This document shows, one piece after another, positions 12,590 to 23,606 of a stretch of 43,642 nucleotides of DNA (within the stretch, counting starts at the first letter, position 1; the number at the start of each line of letters is the position of its first letter). The stretch covers positions 1 through 43,642 of the forward strand of contig NW_021834987.1 in NCBI RefSeq assembly GCF_006345805.1. Reading direction: 5' to 3'. The translations under genes and the position numbers were made by a program. This DNA comes from Octopus sinensis (taxonomy: Eukaryota). The notes under the pieces were generated by a model. That model saw only the letters and a list, made by a program, of their open reading frames with translations. It was not told the DNA's origin and searched no databases.

Positions 12590-12830
12590 ATCCTTGTCCA
12601 GACATTATGTGATGTCCGTAAATGGCCATCACGACCGTCATACTTGTGCAGTTATTCATTTCCAGTCCTCTGCGTAAATTATGTCTCACCAGGGAAAATA
12701 TTTCCTTGCTTGGAAACAGGTGAGGATTGGTGACAAGAAAGGGTACCCAGCTCAGGAAAATCTTCATCAATGAATTCCATCTGATCCATTGAAGCATGGA
12801 AAAGCGAATTTTAAATGATGATGATTATCA
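12590..12830 (+). mobile_element. Diverged B-like 3' end (also 40290-40445 and 41030-41278)
   Basis: GGTGAGGATTGGTGACA...CATGGAAAA...TTAAATGATGATGAT. Confidence 0.6.
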
Positions 12831-13162
12831 TCATTGTAGTGATATGGTTCCTCTTCTGTATTAATGCAGTTATGTTTTAATAATTGATCATTTTCATAGA
12901 TTGACTTAGCACAAATGTCTTAGGGTATGGTTTTATCTTTCATATTAATAGGACTGTGTATAATTCTCCATTTTCATAGAATGATTAAGCACTGCTATCA
13001 CAGTGATATGTTTTCCTTTCTCTGTCAATGCTCTTTTGATTCGTTAATGGATCATTTCAAATGAAAGGCTTACCATTGATATAGTTTCTTTCTTGTGTAG
13101 AGGGTTTTATGAGATACAAATTTGTCCTTCTGAAGGAATGTTATACAACCAATGTCACTGTG

Positions 13163-13948
13163 TTATGGATCAACTTCATAGTGAATACACTTGTGTTTAA
13201 TTGAGTGATGTTTTTGTGAGAATGATTTACCACAGATGTCACAGCGATATGGTTCCTCACCTGTGTGAATACGTTTATGTGCAGTCAAGGTACTGCTAAC
13301 AGAGAATGATTTACCACAGATATCACAGGAATATGGTTTCTCCCCTGTATGAATACGCTTGTGTTTGGTTACGCCACCGCTTTCAGAGAATGATTTACCA
13401 CAGATATCACAGGGATATGGTTTGTTTCCTGTATGAATACGTTTGTGTTTAATTAAGGTACTGCCTTGAGAGAATGATTTACCACAAATATCACAGTGAT
13501 ATGGCTTGTCTCCTGTATGAATACGTTTGTGTGCAGTTAAGTTACAGCGAACAGAGAATGATTTACCACAGATATCACAGGGATATGGTTTCTCTCCTGT
13601 ATGAATGTATTTGTGAGCAGTTAAGTGGTGATTTTGAGAGAATGATTTACCACAGATATCACATTGATATGGTTTCTCCCCTGTATGAATACGTTTGTGG
13701 TTGGGTAAGCTACTGCGAACAGAGAATGATTTACCACAGATATCACATTGATATGGTTTCTCCCCTGTATGAATACGTTTGTGGTTGGGTAAGCTACTGC
13801 GAACAGAGAATGATTTACCACAGATATCACAGTGATATGGTGCTTCCCCTTTATGAATTTGTTTGTGTTGATTGAATTTACTTTCTTCTAAGAATGACTC
13901 TTTGCAGATGTCACAGTCATATGATGATTTTCCTAATTCTTCAGACAT
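13163..13948 (-). CDS. C2H2 zinc-finger protein ZNF2 (261 aa, 9 fingers)
   Basis: ORF with 9 canonical C2H2 motifs; N-terminus MSEELGKS shared with ZNF1. Confidence 0.93.
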   Translation of the reverse strand: MSEELGKSSYDCDICKESFLEESKFNQHKQIHKGEAPYHCDICGKSFSVRSSLPNHKRIHTGEKPYQCDICGKSFSVRSSLPNHKRIHTGEKPYQCDICGKSFSQNHHLTAHKYIHTGEKPYPCDICGKSFSVRCNLTAHKRIHTGDKPYHCDICGKSFSQGSTLIKHKRIHTGNKPYPCDICGKSFSESGGVTKHKRIHTGEKPYSCDICGKSFSVSSTLTAHKRIHTGEEPYRCDICGKSFSQKHHSIKHKCIHYEVDP

Positions 13949-14450
13949 CTCTTCAAGAATAATAAAATCGATCCTTCAAGTTCTACAGATCAACAACTTT
14001 TCAAAAATTTATGGATATTTTGCTTTTATAGTTTATTCCAAACAAATATCACTTCTCTTATATTTCTTCTAAATGTGATCAATGCCAATATTTAAAAATG
14101 TTGCAAATACTCTTTGGAAATCTATCAAAGTATATTTAAAAGAGAAAATTATCTCTTGCACATTTCAGACACAGAAGTAAAGAAATGCTTTCTCTCTCAG
14201 AGGAAATATTTTACTGTAATTCAGCAATGTTTTCTAGAAGCAGGATTATACGTTTGTAGAATATCTTTGCAGAGTCTTTCAAACATGATACATACTGGTG
14301 ATTCTTTAAAAGTAAAAAATACTTTTTAGCCAATTTCATGTGATTTTCTGAAAGAATAGAAAAAATAATATAAGACATCAAGTATGTTTAAAAGGTAGAT
14401 ATTCAAAAGTGCAAATTTACGACATTTCTGTTTTCATTAATTGTAGAATT
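13949..14450 (-). promoter_or_regulatory. Conserved ZNF 5' cassette copy 2 (acceptor at about 14348 and leader)
   Basis: About 97% identical by eye to 5460-5870. Confidence 0.7.
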
Positions 14451-15094
14451 GATCCTTTATCTGAAGTATTATATTCATCCCATCTCTCTATTTTCAAGAG
14501 GTTTATATCACAGACACATCCATCGGAATAACACCTCCTGGACATTGCGTCTGTCCTAGACACACACACTCACACCAATATACATGTCAATGACAGTAGA
14601 TATCTGATGTCTTCCCCTCAGTGTTCTATTGTATCAACACAGGTTTGTTTTATAACATAGACATCACTCCTCCTCTGCCTCTTTCTGTATATGCATAAAT
14701 ATACAAATATATATATGTGGTTAGCTTAATGTTAACATTTTGTTGAGCATAAAAGATGCATAAAAGTCAGTAAATAATATTGATGTCTGACTTGCAGCAT
14801 CAAAATCTTTTGTGGGGAATTTTTGATGTTAAGAAAAATTGTTGGTTGATGAAATTGGTGACAATCCTTCTCCATGGGGCAAATGGAAGAGGCTTCAATG
14901 AAGTCTATCCTTATTTTACGGAAAAACTATAATTTCTTTTCATTGTTATGCACATAGTTTTAAAATTTAGCCATTCTTGTTTTTTTCTTTTAATTATAAA
15001 TTCTTACACATTATAATTAATGTTTCTCTTCCTTGTTGCTTCAAAACGAAATATTGTTTATCTGGATGAGTGAAAAATACATTCATATTAAATA

Positions 15095-15521
15095 TATACG
15101 CATTACGAAGAAAGAAAAGGATAACTTGCATAATTATTGAAAATAACATTAAAAAAAGGGTGCAATTCTGCTTTAAACATTATATAGCTCCTTATAATTT
15201 TTTCCCCATTTTCCTGTGGAATTTTCGGAAATTTTTCCAATTTGTGATCTATATTATGAAAAAAATTGTTTTTTTTCAATTTTTCCCATTTTTTAAAAAA
15301 TTGCCACTGTAAACCTTTTTAAAAAATGGGAAAATTGAAAAAAAACAATTTTTTTCATAATATAGATCACAAATTTGGAAAAATTTCCGAAAATTCCACA
15401 GAAAAATGCGAAAAAAAATTTAAGGAACTATATAATGTTTAAAGCAGAATTGCACACTTTTATTAATGTTGTTTTCAATTAATTATGCAAGTTATCCTTT
15501 TCTTTCTTCGTAATGCGTATA
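15095..15521. repeat. Long inverted repeat (about 205-bp arms, 15-bp spacer 15301-15315)
   Basis: TATACGCATTACGAAGAAAGAAAAGGATAACTTGCATAATT... pairs with ...AATTATGCAAGTTATCCTTTTCTTTCTTCGTAATGCGTATA. Confidence 0.92.
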
Positions 15522-16399
15522 ATGCGAATACGTATTTGCAAAGATTTTCTGAAAATTCCGGAAAAACAAAACAAACCCCAGATATTAATTGTAAGTTGTA
15601 ATGATGCAGAAGAACCGCCAGAAATAAAGACTTCCTATGTCTCAAAAAAAGCCATTTCCTCTCGATACGATATTTGCTTTTCGTTTCAGTATTTCAAGTG
15701 CACACTCGTATTTTTATACATTCCCCATTTCTTCTACTAATTACATCGTAATTTTCCCGCTTTTAACGAATCGTCGAATTTACACGTTAGAAAGAAAGAT
15801 AAATGTTATCTAAACAAGGGATTGATCCGACGTTTTTACAAATAATTTAGAAAATAACCAAAGTGCAATGAAATGTCTAAAAGAAAACGACAACACAATG
15901 AAAGTATTAAAATTACAGCCTTTCGTATAATTTCGTCTTAGTGAGATTTTTTTTCCTTTTAACTTTCTCAACACATGGAAACAAATAAATGTACATAATA
16001 CGACACATATATAATAGAAATGTTTAAATAAATACTTACATAGTAATAGATATGGAGAGAAAGAGTGAAGGAGGGAGACGTGAGAACTGGAGTCAGAGTG
16101 GACAAGGACAGCTTCAAGAGAATTTCTAGATTTCTACAACAAACGTTAATTAATATTTTTCAGGTCCACATAATCGTAAATGCTGTATCTGTTTGTTTAG
16201 ACAGTTAATTACCAATCATTTGTATATATTTGATTGGGTTTTCCTCTTAAATATCAGTTGTCAAGTGGAACTGATCAAACAATCAAGGTGCGTGAGAAAC
16301 AAGAACAAGAAATAAAACTTAATTAGGAAGGATTAATTATGAACAAGGGCAACTAACTCCAGTCATAAGCGACAAAACACACCATTACTCACTCACTCT

Positions 16400-16800
16400 A
16401 TCCACCTCCCTCTCTACCTTTTTTTTCTCTAGCTCCCACTCCTTCTCTCTCTCTCTAGCTCCCACTCCTTCTCTCTCTCTCTAGCTTCCACTCCACGTTT
16501 CTCTCTCTCTCTAGCTCTCACTCCCCCTTTCTCTCTATCTAGCTCCCACTCCACCTCTCTCTCTAGCTCCCTATCCTTTTCTCTCTCTAGCTTTCTTTTC
16601 CTCTCTCTCCACCTCCATCCCTCTAGCTCCCTCCCCTCCTGTCCACCTCTCTCACTAGCTCCCACTCCACCTCTCCCTCCATCTCCCACTCCACCTCTCT
16701 CTCTAGTTCCCACTCCTTCTCTCTCTCTAGCTCCCACTCCATCTCTCTCTCTAGCTCTCTATCCTTTTCTCTCTCTAGCTCCCACTCCTCCTCTCCCTCA
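16400..16800. repeat. Polypyrimidine minisatellite (CTCTCTCTCTAGCTCCCACTCC-like units)
   Basis: About 14 degenerate units; almost purely C/T on the plus strand. Confidence 0.9.
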
Positions 16801-16979
16801 GCAGACGACATCGAAGCTTCCTTCTGAACGGCTGAAAATTTCTTTCGCTCCAAATAAATAAAAATGATTTCTTTTGCAGCTTAGACATCCAGAAATCAAT
16901 GTATTCCAGTCATTTCTGCAGGAATGTAATCATTGTTTTCATAAACTTTAAAACTTCTTTCACAATAATAATAATAATA

Positions 16980-17332
16980 GGCGCAGGAGTGGCTGTGTGG
17001 TAAGTAGCTTGCTTACCAACCACATGATTCCGGGTTCAGTCCCACTGCGTGGCACCTTGGGCCGACAAATGCCTTGTGAGTGGATTTGGTAGACGGACAC
17101 TGAAAGAAACCTGTCGTATATATGTATTTGTGTGTGTGTGTCTGTCCCTCTAGCATTGCTTGACAACCGATGCTGGTGTGTTTACGTCCCCGTCACTTAG
17201 CGGTTCGGCAAAAGAGAACGATAGAATAAGTACTGAGCTTACAAAGAATAAGTCCGGGGTCGATGCTCGACTAAAAGGCGGTGCTCTCCAGCATGGCCGC
17301 AGTCAAATGACTGAAACAAGTAAAAGAGTAAA
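16980..17332 (+). mobile_element. SINE family A
   Basis: Same head, body and tail, with an internal deletion. Confidence 0.88.
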
Positions 17333-17383
17333 GGTTTATTTTTTTCTCCAGACATCGTTACCACCAACTTTTATCAATTGACA

Positions 17384-17905
17384 TCTTGCAAGAAATTTTC
17401 TCCACAATTTCTTAATAATTGTTATGTATGCCATTTGAAAGTGTCTGTATAAACTTTTATCGAAAAAAAACTTCATTTTCCCAAAAGTTACGAGAGAAAA
17501 GCTCGGATCTTGTGAATTTTCCGAGGTCGTCTGTCCGCCCTCTTGCAAGAAATTTTCTCCACAAATTTCTTAATAATTGTTATGTATGCCATTTGAAAGG
17601 TGTCTGTATAAACTTTTATCGAAAAAAAACTTCATTTTCCCAAAAGTTACGAAAGAACTCGGATCTTGTGAATTTTCCGAGGTCTCTGGTCGCCTCTTGC
17701 AAGAGATTCACCGAAATTTTTGCCATCGTCAAATATGAGGTTTGAAAGTTACTTCTGGTCGCCCTCTTGCAAGAGATATTCACCAGAAATTTCATTGCCA
17801 TCGTCAAATATGAGGTTTGAAAGTTACTTCTGGTCGCCCTCTTGCAAGAGATATTCACCAGAAATTTCATTGCCATCGTCAAATATGAGGTTTGAAAGTT
17901 ACTTC
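17384..17905. repeat. Compound tandem repeat: about 157 bp x2, then about 75 bp x2-3
   Basis: Units phased on TCTTGCAAGA at 17384, 17541, 17695, 17765 and 17840. Confidence 0.85.
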
Positions 17906-18304
17906 TATAAATAAATTCATTGAAAAATAAATTCGAAGGATTAACATTGCAAAAGGTCATATATTATTCCGTAAACTCTAATTGAAATCAAGAAGCTACC
18001 ACAACCATTCCATCAGCAACAATCATCATCTTCTTCTTCACAATATTTGTATCCTTTAAAAAAGAAGCTGCTGTTGCTATTTTCTGAATTTATTTTACAT
18101 TGTTTACACCCAGATTGGAACTTTTACTGTGCCTTGCACCAGAAAACATTATAGATTATCTAAAGACAAAACATATCACCAATGATGATGATGAATTTTC
18201 AAAATGGGTTTGTCAATAGAACGTGCGCTAAATGGAAGAAATAAAAAGTTCTTTCCATCAGGAAAGGTACATTTTCAGAAAACTTTAAGCTGCCATTATA
18301 TGTA

Positions 18305-19385
18305 ATTTTTCCTTTCCGGGTAGAGGTAGGGGTCCACCAAGGCTCATTCCTCAACCCCCTCCTATTTATCATAGTCCAGGCAATAATGGAGGAATTCAAG
18401 ACAGGATGCCCCTGGGAGCTCCTCTATGCTGATGACCTTGCTCTAATTGCTGTGTCACTATCAGAACTGGAGGAGAAGTTTCAGGTGTGGAAGCAAGGAT
18501 TAGAATCGAAGGGCCTTAGAGTCAACCTAGCTAAAACCAAAGTCCTAATAAGTAGGAAGGTAGACAAATCACAAACACCATCAGGTAGATGGCCCTGCTC
18601 GATCTGTAGAAAAGGCGTAGGTAGAAACTCTATAAGACGCACCAAGTGTAAGCTATGGACACATAAGAGGTGTGGCAATGTCAAAGGAAGGCTAACCAGG
18701 AAGATAGTTTTTGTATGTGGCAGATGCTCAGGAGCAATAAACACTGAAAATGCTCTGAGACCAACTTCTGCCACATTCCAGGGAGAAAAATTAGAAATAG
18801 TTGATAGCTTCCGTTACCTAGGTGACCAAGTCAGTAGCGGGGGTGGGTGTGCTGAAAGTGTAACTGCTAGAGTAATAATAGCCTGGGCAAAGTTCAGAGA
18901 GCTCTTACCCCTGCTGGTGACGAAAGGCCTCTCGCTCAGAGTAAAAGGCAGACTGTATGATGCATGTGTACAAACAGCCATGCTACATGGTAGTGAAACA
19001 TGGGCTGTGACTGCTGAGGATATGTGTAAGCTCGCAAGAGATGAAGCCAGAATGTTCTGATGGATGTGTAATGTCAATGTTCATAATCGACAGAGTGTAA
19101 GTACCTTGAGAGAAAAGTTGGACCTAAGAAGCATCAGTTGTGGTGTGCAAAGAGACGTTTGCGCTGGTATGGTCATGTGGAGAATGGATGAAGATAGGTG
19201 TGTGAAAAAGTGCCACACCCTAGCGGTTGAGGAACCTGTGGAAGAAGCAGACCCAGGTAAACCTGGGACGAGGTGGTGAAGCACGACCTTCGAACTTTAG
19301 GTCTCACCAAGGAAATGACTAGAGACCGAGACCTTTGGAAGTATGCTGTGCATGAGAAGACCCGGCAGGACAAGTGAGACCAGAA
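18305..19385 (+). mobile_element. RTE-clade LINE 3' part (RT with PHD-like finger insert)
   Basis: GVHQGS, ELLYADDL, FRYLGD, MLHGSETW, GRPGK(T)W-like terminus. Confidence 0.88.
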
Positions 19386-19454
19386 CCCGTGGCCCCTACC
19401 TGGGATGTAGCCAGTCCACTTATGAGGGAAACGCTCGGAAACTGTGAATTTATA

Positions 19455-19690
19455 AAAATCATCTCACCCTTTTTCCAAAAGACTGTCCCCATAAAATTCT
19501 AGGTAATCTGAATGTCACCTCTTTCCTAAGGCCCAGTCTCTTGAGATTAGTCTTCAACACTTCATCCCATGTCCTCCTGGGCCACACTGTTCCATGAGAT
19601 CTATCCACTTTAAGCAGTTGGCACTTCTTTATGCAATTGTCTTCATTCATCTGCACCACATGACCATATTAGTGAAATAGTCTTCTCGAC
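19455..19690 (-). mobile_element. Degraded RTE 3'-end fragment
   Basis: VQMNEDNCIKKCQLLKV...PRRTWDEVLKTNLKRLGL parallels the 3' end of 18305-19385. Confidence 0.6.
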
Positions 19691-19734
19691 TTGCATGCCC
19701 CTATTCCACTTTGTCATACATACACACTAACATT

Positions 19735-20225
19735 ATCTCCTTATCTCCTCAAAGACATACAGCATCTCGAAAGAGTCCGGAAGCTGGCTACCCGCATGGT
19801 TCTTGGTCTCAAGCATTTGTCTTATGAAGAAAGGCTAAAGACGCTCGACCTTTATTCTCTAGAAAAACGACAACGCTGTGGTGATCTCATTCTTGCTCAC
19901 ATCATAAGCGGAAAGTGTAACCTCTCGAAAGAGCTGTTCTTCACTCCTGCTCCAGAGCATCGGCTGCGGCGTCACTCCGAAAAGCTCTATCTGCGACAAT
20001 TTCATCTCAATCGAAGGAGAGGGGCTATCTCCGTCCAGGTTGCAGATCCGTGGAATAAGCTGCCGGACGAGATAGTGAAGATGCCCACGACTGCTCGGTT
20101 CAAAGTCTCCCTTGACAACAAATGGCCTGAACTCTTTGCATGAACACCCTCCCTGTACATAACTCCATGTCCCCCTACATGGCCTTGCTTTTTGCTTTTT
20201 GAGCCAAAAAATTAACTAACTAACA
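19735..20225 (+). mobile_element. CR1-type LINE ORF2 C-terminus and 3' UTR with (AACT)n tail
   Basis: SPYLLKDIQHLERVRKLATRMVLGLKHLSYEERLKTLDLYSLEKR..GDLI...WNKLP. Confidence 0.8.
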
Positions 20226-20254
20226 TGTAAGTATGTATGCATGCATGTATGTAT

Positions 20255-20602
20255 TCTCTAGAAAAATGACGACGCTGTGGTGATCTCATTCTTGCTCACA
20301 ACATCATAAGCGGAAAGTGTAACCTCTCAAAAGATCTGTTCTTCACTCCTGCTCCAGAGCATCGGCTGCGGGGTCATTCCGAAAAGCTCTATATGCGACG
20401 ATTTCATCTCAATCGAAGGAGAGGGGCTATCTCCGTCCAGGTTGCAGATCCGTGGAATAAGCTGCCGACGACCACTCGGTACAAAGTCTCCCTTGACCAC
20501 AAATGGCCTGAACTCTTGCATGAACACCCTCCCTGTACATAACTCCATGTCCCCCTACATGGCCTTGCTTTTTGCTTTTTGAGCCAAAAAATTAACTTAA
20601 CA
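20255..20602 (+). mobile_element. Tandem second copy of the CR1 3' end
   Basis: Near-identical to 19857-20225. Confidence 0.8.
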
Positions 20603-21437
20603 TAACATTGCACATACTGGCTTCGTTTCTCTCTAGTCTCCTCATATACTGCATTAAGGCCCATGTCTTGCTCCAATGGAGCAGTGCTGTGTGTATGCAA
20701 GCATCATACCCATCAGGCTTTCACTCTGACAGACTACTTCTCCACTCCAACCCATCCTTATTTTAGTGACTACACTTTCAGAATGTCTTTTATTACTAAA
20801 ACTATCTGCTACCTCCAGGGTATGGGAGAAAATAAAGTTTCCATGTGACCGGACTGTTTGGCACCTGTGCATCTTCAACATACAAGAATGGCCTTCTGTC
20901 AAATCCCAAAGCATCTCATGTCTTCATAGGTTGCACTGGGTGCTTACAGCATTCCTACATATTGGGTGGGGCCATTTACAGGAGGCAGGCAGAGTCCTCT
21001 CTTCGTTAGAACCTCCGTCTTTGCTATGCTGACTTTAAAATACCTGCACTTACTTTTCTAATTAAAATACCTACAATTTCATTTTAATTCTCTCAGATAC
21101 TACTGAGAGTGAAATTGTCAGTATACAGCAGTTGCCGAGGTCAATTTGTATTAAGTCCCTTTGTTATGACATGCAAGATATTGATGAAAAAGAGGGCACA
21201 GAGAACTGATCTCTACTGATAACTACCACTATATTAGATTCCTTACTGTACTCACCGTACAGAAAGCATCCCTGTACAGCTTTTACAATTCACTCATCAA
21301 TTCCTACCTTCCTCAAAGACCCCTATATCACAAAGTGAGCCACTCTATCAAAGACTTTCTCCAGACCAACAAGTGCCAAGTATAATGGTTTATTCATAAC
21401 TAAATACTTGTCTTGCAGTCGTAACTAGGAAGACCTA
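20600..21437 (-). mobile_element. Heavily degraded RTE RT fragment
   Basis: Minus-strand remnants QDKYLVMNKPLYLALVGLEKVFDR, PRQLLYTDN, KWPHPICRNAV, LEVADSF. Confidence 0.6.
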
Positions 21438-21438
21438 T

Positions 21439-21800
21439 TCATCATCAGCATCGTTTAACGTCCACTTTCCATGATAGCATGGGTTGGACAGTTCAACTGG
21501 GGTCTGGGAAGCCAGAAGGATGCCCTTCCCAACACCAACCACTCCATGAGTGTAGTGGGTGCTTTTTACGTGCCACCGACACAGGTGCCAGATGAGGCTG
21601 GCGAACGGCCACGCTCGGATGGTGCTTTTTACGTGCCACTGGTACGGAGGCCAGGTGAGGCTGGCAACAGCCACAATCGGATGCTGTTTGTTATGTGCCA
21701 CCGGCATGGAGGCCAGTCGAGGCAGCGCTGGCTATTGCCACGTTTGGATGGTTCTCCTACGTGCCACCGGCATCACAACTACAAATTCCATTGATGTTGA
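21439..21800 (-). mobile_element. Family B element (minus)
   Basis: (CAT)n followed by the reverse complement of the family B body. Confidence 0.8.
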
Positions 21801-22012
21801 TTGATTTCGATTTTTTCATATATATATACCGGAGTAAACACATAAATGTGAAACAAGGTGGAAAAAAGAGTACTCAAATACCAGTGGTAGAGAAATATGC
21901 TTTATTTAAAGCAGCAGAAAATTCAACAAAATCTGTTACTCTGAGTTTCTCGTTGCCGTTCATCAGACAGTTTTTGCTAGAAATTTTTGAATTTTCTGCT
22001 GCTTTAAATAAA

Positions 22013-22051
<39 letters not shown>

Positions 22052-22399
22052 CATAGGTAGGGTTATAATCTAAATTGTGTTGTCTTGAAGTATATATGTT
22101 TATTCCAGAACACCAAAGTTATATGTATATTTGTGTTAGGTATGCAGTAAGAGTTGAAAAATACTGGAAAATAGCTTTTAAGAAACACAGGAGATTGGGG
22201 AACGTTTTGCTGTTATTTATTCACAATTACATGCATTTACAAAATTTTATACATAGAGAAAACAAACATGCCAGACATCTCTTATTAGAAATTATTCATA
22301 CATACATACATCACTTATTGTCCACTTTCCATGCTGGGATTGGAACTGGCAAGCTTCAGAACTGCACCAAGTTGCACTCTGATTTGACCAAAAATATTA

Positions 22400-22663
22400 T
22401 CAATTAATTTTCAAGAATTATCTACTTGCGTTTTATTTAATTTGTTCGAAAAATATTATTTAATTTGTGTAAAAAAAAATTATTTCATTTTGTTCATAAA
22501 CAGGTAACACGCAGTGTGTAAAATAATTATTTTATTTAGTTCATAAAAAGGTAACGCGCATGTGCAAATGAACTCATTTGCATACGCCCAAGTCATAGTA
22601 TCGACCACGTACGACTAGCTTGCGTGTCGCTGCGCAACAAGACCAGTATGTGCTAGTAGTACC
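22400..22663 (+). mobile_element. Merlin right-end fragment (TIR ...GACCAGTATGTGCTAGTAGTACC)
   Basis: TIR matches the family; subterminal AT-rich sequence resembles 34600-34848. Confidence 0.65.
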
Positions 22664-23293
22664 ATAATGCTTCGCCTTGAGAATTGTTTACCTTGAAAGC
22701 GAAAATACAAGACCAACATATACAACAGGTATGTAAAACATACCTGTTGTATATGTAAAGCATTTTATTAAAAAAAAAAGCATTCTTGAAGACTAAACTA
22801 GACAGTATAATACTGCCTAACGCATCTTATGAAATTCATAAAAGCAGTCTCTGTTTTATCACCGCCAACTAAACTTGGACAGATATGTTGAAAACAACAC
22901 ACCTGATTATTGATTGGAAAAAAAAAAAAACCCGAAAAAGTTAAAAATTAGGAGGCAGAAAGAGAGTTAAAATTTTAAAAATGTAGATTTTTGCATATTC
23001 AGAATCTCCATCATAGAAAGCTCAGTTCCGGGAGGCTGACTCCACTAGTTCCACCTAGTAACTTAAGGTGTATTGATCACAGAAGGCATGGAACACTACT
23101 TATTAGTTCCTGAAATATTGGTAACTATCATTAACATACGAAATATAATCTGATAGCAGCAAATAGAATGGTTTTTCACTACTCTCACTTCACTCAAAAA
23201 TGCTTCTCGCTTTCTCACTCTTCCCCAAAACGCCAATCAAAATACTCATCATCAGAACTGCAAACAAAAAGCGTGGTGCAGACAAATTCTGTT

Positions 23294-23606
23294 GGTACAA
23301 CTAGCGAAAAGCGGTTCCGGTGCGCGCACACATGCAGTCACTCATAAAGCCGTGAAAGAGTCTATTAAAAAGAATTCATATCGGGAAAACTAAATTAAAA
23401 CTACGGGACTTTATCCTCGTTACATATTTATGGTCGCATAACACACCTATTTATACATCGATTGAAATGGCACAAAGTACTTGCTATTCAATGGTACCAC
23501 CAATACATCAGAGACATTTGCAGTAATCATCCTGTGAATAACCCATACCGAATTGGTGGATTGGGCACATCGTGGAAATAGATGAATCCAAGAAAAACAA
23601 GGAAAA
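23294..23606 (+). mobile_element. Merlin left TIR and degenerate transposase N-part, cut by a Tx1 LINE
   Basis: TIR GGTACAACTAGCGAAAAGCGGTTCCGGTGCGCGC; 23490-23600 reads WYHQYIRDICSNHPVNNPYRIGGLG/HIVEIDESK. Confidence 0.8.

Noticed and set aside
13474-13875. Alternate-frame or antisense repeat ORFs over the ZNF genes (also 4280-4570, 13621-13830, 42805-43170)
   Set aside because: By-products of the 84-bp finger periodicity.
16429-16853. Glu/Arg-rich ORFs (EREKEWEL repeats)
   Set aside because: Translation of the polypurine minisatellite.
17616-17960. ORF with a 25-aa repeat
   Set aside because: It reflects the 75-bp tandem repeat; ORFs are open on both strands and there is no domain signal.
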